Assembly (NCBI GenBank): GCA_951406725.2
Contig: OX597817.1
Span: forward strand, 121,458,001-121,522,000
Reading direction: 5' to 3'
Source: Octopus vulgaris
Taxonomy: Eukaryota
Length of the DNA: 64,000 nt
Shown piece by piece: positions 42,138 to 55,961 of the stretch. The position numbers were made by a program, and so were the translations under genes. A model generated the notes under the pieces. The model saw only the letters and a list, made by a program, of their open reading frames with translations, was not told the DNA's origin and made no database searches. Numbering within the stretch: position 1 is the stretch's first letter; the number at the start of each line of letters is the position of its first letter.

Positions 42138-42228
42138 CACTTCCCGAGCATTATTCTAATACATCTGTTTGATGTCTACACCTGTCATCGTCTTTTTTTG
42201 TGAATTCTCCCTATATATATATATATAT
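41547..42228. repeat. (TA)n tracts interleaved with short unique modules
   Basis: TA tracts at about 41547, 41728, 41839, 41958, 42103 and 42213, separating short non-identical modules (four of 67-96 bp from 41746 onward). Confidence 0.85.
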
Positions 42229-42849
42229 GTTTGTGTGTGTGTTTGTATGTGCGCACAATACATTTGTACAGAAAAATACTCCCTGAATGCGGCATTTCTA
42301 CGGTTACATTTGATAATACATATTCGTCTTACTGACATAGTAAGCGTTTGATGTTATTCGATCGAATACACTCGAACCACCCCCTTCCAGAGAGAGATGT
42401 GATATATAGTTTCTGCTGTCTGTAACAAGAATTCAAGTAAAATCTTATAAATTCCTTTCAATAACAGTGTAAAAGTTAAACAGATGTAAAGCAAACTGAA
42501 CGTTCTTGAGGTAATAAAGATACTCTTGAGCTGATTTTGGAATGGTATCTTTTCCATTAAAATTTCGGCTAAGTAATTGATAAGGGTGGTTCAGACATAT
42601 ATTAAAATTGACATTCTTGGAACCAATGTCGCTTTGGAAGGACCTTAGTAGAATCTAAAATCGAATCCATATGAAAATATTAAAGAAGCATGCAAATGCT
42701 TATATGAAGAGCCATTATTGCCATATCTCTCGCGAATTTAAGTTACTAAATTCATTGTTTCATTACTTTGTCCTGGTTGTTTGGCAATGGTTTAGAGTGT
42801 TCAAACTGTCATAGAAACCCCCACTCTGGTGACGTATAAGGAGTTATGA

Positions 42850-43100
42850 ACTAAAAGCAGAGGAGCAGATAATGAAGAGAAGAGAACGGAAGTGATGCAG
42901 TTCGCGTTAGTTGCAATTGACATATATGAGGCATATGATGCCGTGCCTAAGATGGATTCGAGTGAAGTTGGGAAGATAGTCTATGAAGTGGTACGGTAGC
43001 GCAAACGATTATCTTTTACTGAAACCTTTATTAGAGGATAGTATTGTAGAAACAGCGTCTGTGAACGTAAGTGCACCTGTAAAAGCGAGGATTTTTTTTT
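42850..43100 (+). mobile_element. Possible ancient non-LTR RT fragment
   Basis: VAIDIYEAYDAVPK resembles the RT motif F.DLEKA(Y/F)D.VPR. Single motif only. Confidence 0.3.
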
Positions 43101-43693
43101 AGACAAGCTGTGTAAAGTATAGGAGTGCGAGTTGCATATTGTATAGAAAGAAATAAAACAAATTTAGTTTAGACTTAAATTTGAGGAGCAAAGAAATAAT
43201 GGCACACTGAACTTTGATAAATAACAAGTAAAACGTTCGGATCCCCGGACGCTAATGATAATCTAAAGTCGGCAAAAGTTGTATGAATAAGTGAAATGTC
43301 AAGTTTCTAAATTCTGTATGTGTTTCGAGAAAAGCTCAGAAGGTCGGAACCTTTCATATAAAGACCTCCAGAAATCAAAAAGTATTTTCTTAGTCTTTAG
43401 TTTATGAAAATATGGATACCGAACAATGGCAGGTCTTAGATTTCTCTCACTCGTTCTATTTTTCTCTCTCTCTCTCTCTCTCACATTCTCTCCCTCCCCT
43501 ACCTCCCCTCCCCTACTTCCCCTCCCCTACCCCCTCACACACATGCACGCACGCACGCACGCACACACACTCACACACATACTCACTTTCTGCGATATCT
43601 TCTCTTCAAATAATTTACATTAATTTATCTGCCATTCTGTGTCACTTTTCCTCGTAACATCTCTCAGGGACAAAAATCGAAAAAATTCCTTAC

Positions 43694-44135
43694 CTGCTTC
43701 CCTGTGAAGGACTGCTTCAATCACAAGGAAATGTCTTCCAACGGCATATTTCCACTTTACCAATAAATGCAATTTCTGTCGATAAAATATTTACTAGTCT
43801 CTCAAGATTTTCTTTTTTTTTCCCATCTATCTGACTTTCTATATACATGCATGAATAATACAATTTTCTGCTCAATTCCACAGAAACAGCAATACCGACC
43901 AATTCTCTCTCAGAAGAAAATAGGGAGAGACTAGCTTCATCCCAGTGCAAACAACTTTCTAGTGTCGCAAGTCACTCAGACAGCACTTGCTGAGCAATCG
44001 CAGCAAAAGTAAATACATCAACCAAACTGCTCCAAAACGAATGCGGGTCGGTAGGGAACTGCTTTACAGACACTAACTTCTCGAAGACATTTCATATCAG
44101 ACAGAAGAGCAGGGCTTGCATATATCAAGAAAGAC
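43694..44135 (-). other. Candidate 442-nt non-coding spliced exon
   Basis: Acceptor gtttcttttccag|G at 44136/44135 and donor CAG|gtaagg at 43694/43693. Non-repetitive interior with no through-reading frame. Confidence 0.4.
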
Positions 44136-44177
44136 CTGGAAAAGAAACACTCTGCATATTTCATAAATGTTATATAT

Positions 44178-44578
44178 ACTCTCTTTTACTTGTTTCAGTC
44201 ATTTGACTGTGGCGATGCTGGAGCACCGCCTTTAGTCGAGCAAATCGACCTCAGGACTTACTCTTTGTAAGCCTAGTACTTATTCTATCGGTCTCTTTTG
44301 CCGAACCGCTAAGTTACGGGGACCTAAACACACCAGCATCGGTTGTCAAGCGATGGTGGGGGTACAGACACAGGCACACAAACATATACACACACATACA
44401 CAAATATATACATATACACAACGGGCTTTCAGTTTCCGTTGACCAAATCCACTCACAAGGCTTTGGTCGGCCCAAAGCTATAGTAGAAGATACTTGCCCA
44501 AGGTTCCACGCAGTGGGACTGAACCCGGAACCATGTGGTACGTAAGCAAGCTACTCACCACACAGCCACTCCTACGCC
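44178..44578 (-). mobile_element. SINE family B, full length
   Basis: Reverse complement of 25571-25980 at high identity. Confidence 0.92.
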
Positions 44579-44619
44579 TATGCATGGGTAGATTTCCCAT
44601 AAATTACAAAAAGAAAAGA

Positions 44620-45390
44620 AATTAACATGAAATGTAGCATCTCTTGAAATCATGGCCACTGCATCACATCACATCTTGAAGGCTATACTTTTGAAATCCA
44701 ACAGCAGGAGATAACTATAAAATATTTCATGAACAAACGGGCATGACAGTAAAGCACTTAAAGGGCCAAGAGTTAACCTCATGTAGCGATTATGTCACTC
44801 TTTCAAGGAGGACGTTAAACATGCAACTGACAGTTGTCCAAAAATGGCATGGAGTACTACCTCCTAATGAGATATGATTTTGTTGCTAAAACAATATACA
44901 ATGCTATCTGCAGAAAAGACTGCCCTGGGATAAATATTAACAACTCTACCAAGGATTACACATATATATCAGTACAAGGCCTAAGTGCAAACATAACATA
45001 CCTGATATAGGTATTTAGACTGGAATGAACATCTCTTCTAAAAATCAACTAAAAAAAGAATGTGGGCAACTGCTTCGAGATCTGCAACGCCTATACCTGC
45101 ATTATAAATTTGCATTTATGCCAGTAATCATTGGTGCACTCAATTACATTAGTAGATACCTGAGCTACAATCTGGATAAGCTAGGACTTTGAAGCAAATA
45201 AATAGAGCAGTTACCACAAGCCTTAGAGAGACAACCACCAAGTTGAAAAATAAAAATAAGCAAGACTTTCTTAAAGATTGATATGTAAATAAATATCGTT
45301 GTCATTATCCAAACACCAGTGGTGGAGCTGTTGTTTCTTTGTTTGAAACTAACTTACTCATTCCAGTAGGAATACTAATAAAAGAAAATA
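44620..45390 (+). mobile_element. Decayed RLE-type LINE (R4-like) 3' portion
   Basis: SHLEGYTFEIQQQEITIKY, SCPKM, LQRLY.HYKFAFMPVIIGALNYI..L..NLDKLG and KTFLK. Confidence 0.7.
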
Positions 45391-45449
45391 AAAGATACAT
45401 ACAAACACTCACACATACACATACCCGCGTTTGTTGAAGGAAAAGAACA

Positions 45450-45800
45450 CTAAGTAGTTGTCAAGTTTGACTACAAAGGTTGCATACTCGGCTTTTCTTG
45501 ATCTTTGAATCTCTAGAGATATCTGTGACTTCAGAAAATATCTGATTTGTTCAGGAATTTGAGTGTCGCGTCAGGATGCAGCATTGCAACACGAAATTGA
45601 ATTAAGTAGTTGTTTATTGTGTTTGCGCATTGACATCCTGTCTTTCACATGGTGGGACAGGGGCCCTTTACAACGACCAAGTGAACACTCTCCTTATCCT
45701 TCATGAGAGATTTTTAAGATATATTCTGTAGAGCTACGGATTCATGCGGTTTCCAGAAACTGGTTTTGATGTATCGAAAGTGTTGATCATAGATGCAATA
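45450..45800 (+). mobile_element. Possible decayed Ty3/gypsy RT fragment
   Basis: Weak motifs in the expected order across frames: LSSLTTKVAY, SRDIC.F, LFR....SG.SIA, IDILSF, EH and YGF..FPE. Confidence 0.35.
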
Positions 45801-48332
45801 CTGTAGAAGGGCTGAATATCTTATATGAATGAATTATCAGGATTATGAAAAGCATGCTACGTAATGAACTTGTGTAATGAAAGCACCCCATAAGAAACAT
45901 GGGATAGGTTTTAAGTACAGAGTTAATTTCTGAAAGCCTTTACAGTAAGCGAGACCAATTGATATGTTATTCTCTGTATGTTAAGTTAATGGACATGCTC
46001 AGCTATGCATATCAGACTTGGCAGCTTAGCTAAATCATAGTTTCTGTGCGCTTCGAATAGCTACAGATTTCACATGTCCCAATGGACCGAAGATTGGCAT
46101 ACTTTCTCGAATATAAAAATAATAAGTAAGACGTGAAACTAGTCGCATCGACCCCACTATTTCTGCTCACAACAGATTGAGACTTATAGTTTAAATAATT
46201 TAATTTTCATTGTAAGGTTAAAATTGTATGTTATTAAATAAGTAAACTATTTCTAATGATACAAGATTGCTGTGTCATTCACTATTCTGTAACAAATACA
46301 CTCACGCCATAGTGCTGTGTGTGCGTCGGTGATTCTGTAAGCATATATGTAAATATATGTATTTCCTTATTTATAGATGTATGTGTATACGAGACATGCG
46401 GTAAAGAAGTGTTATTACTCGTAATGTAATGGGTTGTTAATATAATACATGAAGGCGAATATTTAAAAGCTGCAGCATCGATATATATTCGATTCACTTT
46501 CTGAGTTTTAATTAAATTCTTACCACGAACTAGAAGCTGATTACGAGTAATATATTATTAGAAATTTATAAGTAAATAAAAATCACCGACATTTTCTGTT
46601 TTCCTACGTAGTGATGGAAAATATAAAGTTATTAATTAAAAAAAACAGTAGAAATGTATTTTAAAAAATCAATAAAAATTAAGTTTATGCATGCCTGAAG
46701 ATAAAATACATTGATTTATTCGGTAGTTTCCGATAAGTATTTAAAAACCATATATTCAAGTGATCGCTAGCAATTGCGACAAGTGAACATATAATCATCT
46801 GTTACGTTTGGGAATATTTATTGAGGACAAAACAATTGTAGTCAGCGAAGTGATTGCTTCAGTTTCAGGGCGACATTCACTTACTAGAAAAATCCTGTTA
46901 TTTTGACGCCTTTTCTGACAGGTGGACGTATCTGATTCATACCTTGTAATTTTGTAGCCAACGTGATTGGTGTAAGCTAGTATTTGTCACTAAATTTGCT
47001 CGGAGCAATGTATCAACTGATGACGGATGAAGCAATAATTCCATCTAGTCAAATAAAGTCTATAGACGCGTAATTGAGCAAACTAACTAGCTATAAAACT
47101 TACCAGAGTTTCCATCGACTAAATTGTATTTTATATTTCTTTTTATCTGTTTATTTTCTTGCTTTGCCTGTCTTTTCGTTTAGTACATTCAGAAAGAAAA
47201 TTGTATATTTAACAAAACAACATATTTGCTTCATTTAGAGTTACAAATAGCGCCATAATACGATCAATAGTCTTGACTGCTGATTGGTCTATGGTTACTC
47301 TCGTTTTGGATTTGTTGCATTAGTTGTATGACGGTTGCCATTGTTTATGCTATGTCTCTACTCGAAATACTTGGATATAATTTGTATGATTAGAAATTAA
47401 GTAGCTAATTCTATTTAATCTTCGCTATCATTCACCTCCACTATCATCCTTGCCTCTAATTGTTTGTAATGCATATGTTCTCTTTTTAGACATTTGAAAC
47501 AAGACAGCATGTGATTATCTGCTAAATAAATTCATTGTCTTGAGAGACTAGTTTATTTAATATTTTTCAACATATTGCTATGTAGTGATTTAACATTTTT
47601 TATATCATATATTGAATGTTTTGATAAATACATACAGTGGTGTCATACTTGTTTTATGGATTAAGTTATAAAATTGTATTTCTTAACTAATAATAAAAAT
47701 ATGAATCACTAAGTTAATTTATACCTGTAACTGAACAGCATTGCTGATCGCTAAACATTCCCCTCGCTTCGAGCAAGTATCATATATTTCCTATTATATA
47801 CAGAAATATTCAAAGACAGTTTACAGTATAAATTTCCATAACTTGATATGAACAAAATATTATGCATATTCTTGTTAATACATAATGAAACACCAGAAAG
47901 ATTAGGTGATATTTCTGCTTGTCAAAAACAGTTTTAAAACTGAAAACCTTGAAAATATGCAATTGGATTCGGAGGGAATTGTTTCACATTTAATATTATT
48001 CACGTTTCACTCTCTTTTCTGCTTCTTTGTAACGTTCCATTTAGTTAACCTTAGTTTCCATATTACATTGGTGGATATATACATTAGTATTTATTGTTTA
48101 TATAAATCAGAGGGTGAAAACGCAAATCCAGTTAAACTTTAGTGCACGGTATTAAATTTGTGAGATTGATGTTTACTTCCTATTATTTATAATAATCTTT
48201 GATATGTAGCTTATAGGAAGGTCCAGATCTTGTTAAAATTAAGTATTCTATATTGCTGTTTCTTGTTTCTCTCATCCGAAGATACGCTTTTCAATATCCT
48301 ATACCATCGGTAAAGTCCATAGACAATATATT

Positions 48333-48547
48333 GGTTTCAAATTTTGGCACAAGGCCAGCAAGTTCGGGTAAGGGGTTAAATTCGTTACATCGACCCCAGT
48401 GATCAACTGGTCCTCATTTTATCAACCCCGAAATGATGAAAGGCAAAATCAACCTCGGCGGAATTTGAACTCAGAACGTAAAGACGGACGAAATGCCGCT
48501 AAGCATTTTGTCCGGCATGCTATCGAGTCTGCCAGTTCACCGCCTTA
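48333..48547 (-). mobile_element. SINE family A with diverged 17-bp TSD
   Basis: TSD tccatagacaatatatt (48316-48332) versus tccacagacgatttatt (48548-48564). Confidence 0.9.
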
Positions 48548-50111
48548 TCCACAGACGATTTATTACATCAAAGTTAAGTCTTTCAATCATATGTGTGCAC
48601 CATTGTCCTACAGGAATAGCAAAACAGAGGAGAGAAATATCACTAGTTTACCTACCAATTTGGGTGCGTTGAGTTATAAAGTATAAGCATATGCCTTATA
48701 GTGACTTGCGAACAAATATGATATAATAGATTGTACCAAATTTTCGCTAATTGAGTCTTTGTGGTCACAAAGATTCCCTCTCATCCCTCCACTCCTTGAC
48801 CTGTGACAACTGGAGGCAGGGGGAAATTGTCGGATGGTACCGACTTTAGGCTGAGTAAACTGCAGCAACGTAAAATAAAGAAAACAAAATGCATTTCATA
48901 TTTCGAATAACAGTTGGCATACATTTATATATCTTCACTTTGTGAAGACCTAAAAGAAATGCAGTTTAACTAATCGACAAATCATCTCCATGTGTCTGGA
49001 AGAAATCACACAGCATTAATACCGTCGTGTAATAATTTTACCAAATAGCGTGATATTATCCAACAAATTATGTTACTTTTAAATTGTCTCTAAAATTATT
49101 CTACGTGTCACGTCATATATTCAAGTGTTTTAATACCCTTAACGATGAAACGAAATTGAAGCCATAATCGAAATTTAACATAAGGTAACAAGTTCGAGCA
49201 TAAAGCATTATACACTCTTAACTATGTAACGATCTTGCAGTCATAATCAACATTTTTACCATGTTTGAACAGTGTCAGATAAACCTATAAATTTAAGCAT
49301 CAGAATAGAAATAAGAACATATATAAAAGGTGAAATTTTGACAGTTTCCACTCAAGTATATTAACTGAAGAAAGATTTTACAGTAATCATCATGAAAATG
49401 AAACGATCATGGCTAGTTTAACATTATTTACGAGCTGCATACTCGCACAATAATTGTTCTTAGAGACAATATTTTCCGAGATAAGCTTAACACATAAAGG
49501 CAACTAGTTCAAAAATTTTCAAAAAACGTCTTAAGATCTTTTATCGGATGAAAAGTAGAAGTTTATGCAAATATCAATGCATAAATACCACTTGTTAATT
49601 CAACAGTAAAAACAGGCTAACTAATTGCTCATCTAAAAATGCGGCCATTAAATATGATTGCAAATTGTAAATAGTGAAATCTGCATGTAATTAATAATAT
49701 TTGCATTAAAATTAGATATCAGAACGGAAGCGATGTGAGACTCAGATCAATCGATAAATATGAAGACAAAATTGTTTCGAAATTCTTTTTGGCAATTCTT
49801 TCGTAGGAATGTAAGAAAATGCTTTTGCTGTTCTGGCATTTGATGTAGCTATTACATATTTCAGTATAAAACTGTAATATGAAAATATAATAATAAAAAT
49901 ATGAGTGCAAAGCCGTATATAATACACAAGTAATGTTCTATATTTTACGGAGAGTAAAATCTTACTCTGCAAATTGTTTCCGTTTCCTATTCCGAGCGTT
50001 TTGTTTTCATTTTGCTCAACATGTATTTACTATTAGCATTGTTGCTGAAGCTAGGACCTTTGGATATGCAACGTGCACCATTTTTGTGCTAATATGAATC
50101 GCTTCAATGGT

Positions 50112-50330
50112 AGTGCGATGGCAAAATTGTTACTGCATTGAAAAAAATGCTTTGAGGCATTTCTTCCGACTTAATGCTTCGAGTTCAAATAACGTCTGCT
50201 GGGTCGACTTTGTCTTTCCTCCTTTTGCGGTCGATAAAATATATACCAGTATAGTACTGAGGTCGATGAAATCGAATTAACCGCTTCCCAGAAATTACTG
50301 GCCTTCTGCCAATCTTTGTTTTTTGAAACA
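50112..50330 (+). mobile_element. SINE family A, degenerate
   Basis: gagttcaaat...gggtcgactttgtctttcctccttttgcggtcgataaaatatataccag. Confidence 0.8.
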
Positions 50331-50668
50331 ATATGCATCTCTCCTTTCTTGGTAACATTTTGAAATTTTCCATTGAACTCTTTCAGAAACGGTGCGCAAT
50401 TTTTAATACAATTTTTTTTACTTGACTACTTTTACTTAAGACTTCAAGAGCCATTGTATACAACTGAGGAAAATGAGTATATTTCAGAATTTCCCGCTTA
50501 TAAATGTTCCGTTCTTTTGCTGCAAGCAGTTCAGTATCTGCTCTAGAAGACTAAACAATATACTATGAATCTGGACGTAAGCTACATGGTAGAATGCAAA
50601 TGATTAATTGCACACTACCAATCCTTTCTTAGTCTTCCAAATCTAGTAAAGGCTACCAATTTTTGTAA

Positions 50669-50800
50669 AGGCTGAGAATTGTCAGAATCATTAGAGCATC
50701 GAACCTTATAGTGTTCATTCCGACTCTGCATTTTGAAGTCAAATCCCGTCAAGGTCAACATTACCGTTGATACTCCCGGGTCGATATATAAAGAACCAGT
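50669..50800 (+). mobile_element. SINE family A, very degenerate
   Basis: gtcagaatcattagagcatc...aagtcaaatcccgtcaaggtcaac...gggtcgat. Confidence 0.55.
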
Positions 50801-51667
50801 CCACTCTAGAGTTGTGTGTGTGTTTGTCTAGATTGTACCTGTTGTAATCACATTCATACAGCTTGATCATTATGTTCAGGATACACGTGAGTGTAGAATA
50901 CTTAGCCGTTTATATGTTTATATTTGACGAAGCAACTGGTAACACTGCTGAGATATGTGTTTGGATAACATTTTAAGTGACCGCCCCTATTCTTTTAGAA
51001 TTTCTTTTTTCAACACTCATTTCTAACGTACATATACATAATATCAGAGTAATTCAGTTCAGGGAACTATACTGATGTTGGTGATCAATAACTATTAGCA
51101 TCACTGATTTATATGAGTTAACGTTTAGCACATGACTTCGAACAAACTCACGTACACAAACTTTTGCAACCAAATTAATGTAAATAAAACGTTTGTTCTT
51201 ACAGCCATGTTAAGAAACAAATCTATATGCTTTTGATAACATTCTTATCAATATTTAAATCTTTTTAATATAAAAATAAAAAAACAAACACTAGTACAAA
51301 TAAATGAAGGATAACAGTAATATATTTACAGTTTAAAAAGAAAATAACAGCCAAAATGCAAAACATTAGAAAGTACTGTGCATCATACTATTACTGACGG
51401 TATAGCTTGAATCAACAACGTATTTTTTCATAACATTCTGAAGTTTTAATCTAATTAATAGAAATCAAGTATCTATCAAAGAATGGTTGATTATCTCAAC
51501 AGCTTTCACTGTCATTTGAATTTATCATTGCTACAGGACAGCTGGAGTTCAAGTGATATGAAAATAACCAAAGCTTATAATACACAAGATTTTATTGCAT
51601 TTATATCACTGCATTTATATTTTACTGCACTTCTAGATTGTCTAGTGTTATCTTTCATCCAAAGAAC

Positions 51668-51678
51668 TATTATCATCA

Positions 51679-51742
<64 letters not shown>
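51668..51742. repeat. (TAT)n microsatellite
   Basis: Read directly from the sequence. Confidence 0.95.
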
Positions 51743-51743
<1 letters not shown>

Positions 51744-52494
51744 TAACAGTTACCATTTTTACTATGATTAAGTTAAGTTATGACTTGTCGATGCTAAGTG
51801 GATTATATTATAATCTTACGTAATATCAATATAATGGTTAGTTTAATTGAGGTTAAAAATTACAACAGTAAAAATTCGAAGAAAGAAAAAATCATATATC
51901 TCTTGAAAGTATACTAAGATATCACGCCAACGCTATCATTGTATTCTTATATCGTGAGAAGATAAACAGACGAATCATTTAGCTCAAAACGTCGGTTGAA
52001 CTGGAACCCCACACGTTTCATAATTTCCAAATGTGTCTTCCTTTTTTATGAAATGTTTTGCAAACGTGAATCACAACGGCTTCCATAAGAAATATTTAAT
52101 AATATCTGTTAAATTATCATCTTTTCTAGGGGCACATACAGATATGGGCTTGTCCCTTCTTCACTGTTGAAAATATTCCAGTCTGTCAAGAAGACTAATG
52201 CAAAAGTATTTCGTATCAAACTGAAGGTCGTATACAACTTTTATATCCTATTTTTCTTCATCTAACCTTTTTCGTTTATAATGTTATTGCATCTCTGTCA
52301 AACAATCGATTATTCTGTTCTGTCGCTTAATCTTCGTACTTCTAGCATTTTATTCACGGTGCTGTTAACGGATGCCATTATCCGATATATATATATATAC
52401 ATACAAACATGTATATACATACATATATACATATATATATATATACATACATATATATACATACACATATATACATATATATATATACATATAT

Positions 52495-52535
<41 letters not shown>

Positions 52536-52589
52536 CATATACATATACATATATATATATATATACATACATGCGGATATATATACACA

Positions 52590-52636
<47 letters not shown>

Positions 52637-52637
52637 G

Positions 52638-53030
52638 GGCGTAGGAGTGGCTGTGTGGTAAGTAGTTTGCTTACCGACCACATGGTTTAGGGTTCAGTCT
52701 CACTACGTGGCACCTTGGGCAAGTGTCTTCTACTATCGCCTCGGGTCGACCAAAGACTTGTGAGTGGATTTGGTTGACGGAAACTGAAAGAAGCCCGTCG
52801 TATATATGTATATATATATGTATGTGTGTGTATGTGTTTGTGTGTCTGTGTTTGTCCTCCCAACATCGCTTGACAACCGATGCTGGTGGGTTTACGTCCC
52901 CGTAACTAGCGGTTCGGCAAAAGAGACCGATCGAATAAGTCCTGGGGTCGATATCCTCGACTAAAGGTGGTGCTCCAGCATGGCCACAGTCAAATGACTG
53001 AAACAAGTAAAAGAGTAAAGAGTAAAGAGT
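52638..53030 (+). mobile_element. SINE family B embedded in TA/CA microsatellite (52385-53165)
   Basis: Aligns to 25571-25980, with a short deletion between the two gaataagt repeats. Confidence 0.92.
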
Positions 53031-53079
53031 ATACGTATGTATATATCTACACATGCATATATAATGCATACTTACATAT

Positions 53080-53161
<82 letters not shown>

Positions 53162-55429
53162 ACACAAAACTGAATACACATACATTAGGTATGTGTGTTA
53201 GTTCGTGAGTCGGCTACATTTCAAGCGCTAGAGAACATACTCTCAATGAGTCTGGTGTTAGAAACACCTGAAAGTAAGTGATATGCAAGCGAGACAATTC
53301 ACATCACGGCACTTTTCGGGGCGATAGACATTGATGTTTTCTTATTGTTGTGGGTTTTTTTAATGCGGTATATCGAACAAGGCCTGCTGGAAGCCATATC
53401 GCCGACTATGATGTGAAAATAAGATGGAAGAGTCATGACTAGAGCGAACGTTTTTCGGTCAGGTTCATTTAGAGGAACTGATTTTTAAAAGTTGTATGAA
53501 CTTTAAAAGTAAAGCGTATTTATATTAGTTTATTTCTGTCAGTCTATAAATATTTTAATTAAATGGCGTGTTATGTTTAGTATATATTCATATTTGAATT
53601 CATGTCCTGCAGTCTTCATCTATCTAAATTTCTTTAAATAAATTCATTTTGATTGGCTTATATACAACAATATAAATTTTGATTCAAAATATCTATCTGG
53701 AAATATTTATGTCAAGCAATATTTTATATAAATAGAACACCAGAGATCAAAAGATATTGATTGCATTGTACCTATAGACGAAAGCAAATAACCTAACATA
53801 CGCAGTGTGATAGTAAACATTTATTTTCATTTTAGATATTGATGAAAGTTTAGAACAAAATGTACGCTTAGATTCCCTGCAGAAAATTGCGTAGATTTGT
53901 CGATATCATAGAATTAGTTACAAAAGCATATAAAACAGGATAGATTTATTCCCTTCACAATGTTGAGATTGAAATTTCAGCTTTAAAGAATACAATATGA
54001 CGTTCAAAAAGGAAACTGCATCAGTTTTAATAGGAAGTGGTTTATGCAAGGGCCAAAAATTCGATATTGTTTTACATTTTTTTCTGTACTTGTTTAAGAG
54101 TATGTCGGTTGTCTTAGTCAACATGTTGTTGTCCTTGCAATCAAAATCGCCGATGGTTTAAATATAGCTGATAGGGTTGTAGTTAACGCCTTCGTGTACA
54201 CTCATTAATGAGTGCACACGAAGCAGCAATGAGATCGTATAAGTCAGGAATGTTTCATTGTGTTGCATAGCTTGTCCTTTGAGATATTGTTAACTGGTAT
54301 ATATGTCAAGAAAATTCGCCTTCGAAAGCATTACGCATACTTCATCTAAAGCGTTAAAAAGAGTGTAGTAAGGTAATTAACGATTTAGAGAAATAAAAAT
54401 TAATCCTGATGAGGTACGACATAACACACCATTGGTAAAAATAACGAGCAGATGAAATAACTGATTTTTCTATATAGCAAAAGTAGTGCAGTATATATCT
54501 TCAACGTTACGTTTTAGTGTTTATTGCAAATAAATTAAAACATAGTCACTTGGTGAAATAAAATGAAGATGGCACATGGATTGCCTTCAAAGAACTCGAC
54601 TAATTTATGTTAACAGTTTTGCTTAAACTCTAAAAATCTATTATCAACATATATAGTCTTGAAACTTGATTTTCTCTTCGGGGCCGGGGGGGGGGGGGGG
54701 TTTGCAGTGTGTTAGTACCAACTAGAAATCGTAAGTTAGGGTAGAGGAGGAGTATTTGGAGTTGAAACTTTTCCCACATTGTTGCTGCCTCACACAAATC
54801 ATTCAAAAAAAGGCAAGGTATATTTTAAAAAATACCATAGCCTCTATCATACTCTGACTATATTAGCAGCAAAAGAACGAAGAGAACTTGCATCAGACTG
54901 CAGTCGAATACATAATGTGCACTCACAGTTGCTTAGTGCTGTGACAGCTATCAGAAATAATGGATTTTTAAAAAATAACACACGGTAAAATATCAAATAC
55001 ATAAACGGAAGTGGAATGAGATTGTCTATTGGGACGTGGGTGAAAGAAAATGGTTTGAAGTAGAATCAAAAACAGGTCACGTATTTAGATCACGGGCAGA
55101 TTATCCTTCACTTTACGCCGCTTTCTAAATCATGAAAAATATGGTAATGTTAATTTAGTATTTTCCATTTGAGGCAGGATATTATTATATTATACATTGA
55201 TATAACACTTTATATAATGCTTGATGATACTTCCAGCTCATTCATCAAGTTTAAAGCTATTGTATTCGTATATTAACTCTGCTACTATTTGCTTTCTGTT
55301 CTCTTCGTATATGGCTCAGACAATGTGATAAGATAAAAGAAAATATATTCTCCACGTAAACATTTGATGCATATATTTCCATCTAATATATTTAAATGAA
55401 AAGAGTTTCAACACACATACGCACACACA

Positions 55430-55479
<50 letters not shown>

Positions 55480-55900
55480 AAAGTACTTATGAAAATAATG
55501 TACGCAAAAAAGAAAATTAGCTTTGCAACCACTTTGGGTTCGATTTTACTGAGTGCGTGCGTTGGTTAAATGCCACGTATAGCTTCGAGCTGGCCAATCT
55601 GATATGAGAAGTATCTATTAAATGAAAACTGGACAGAATCCTCTCTGTGTATATTCACGCTCTCACAGACACATACACACACACATACACGCACACACGC
55701 AAGCACATACATACGCACGCATATATAGTTTGTTTATTCTTTTATTAGTTGCAGACCCAGCGCTACACACAAGCTGGTGCACCATCTATACAATTGATAC
55801 CGTTTCCTATCAATTAATATTCCACTACCATTCCTTGCTTTTCATGCCGTGACGTCAGTCTATCTGGCGTCACTGATATTAAAGTATCAAAATATATCTA

Positions 55901-55961
55901 GAGTAAATAAATTTCTCTCCATATAGTAAATAAATTTCTCTCCATATAAATTTCTCTCCAT
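55901..55961. repeat. Short tandem repeat, about 23-bp unit
   Basis: agtaaataaatttctctccatat twice, plus a partial third copy. Confidence 0.85.

Noticed and set aside
41728-42228. CRISPR array
   Set aside because: The repeats are variable-length (TA)n, the context is eukaryotic, and there are no cas genes.
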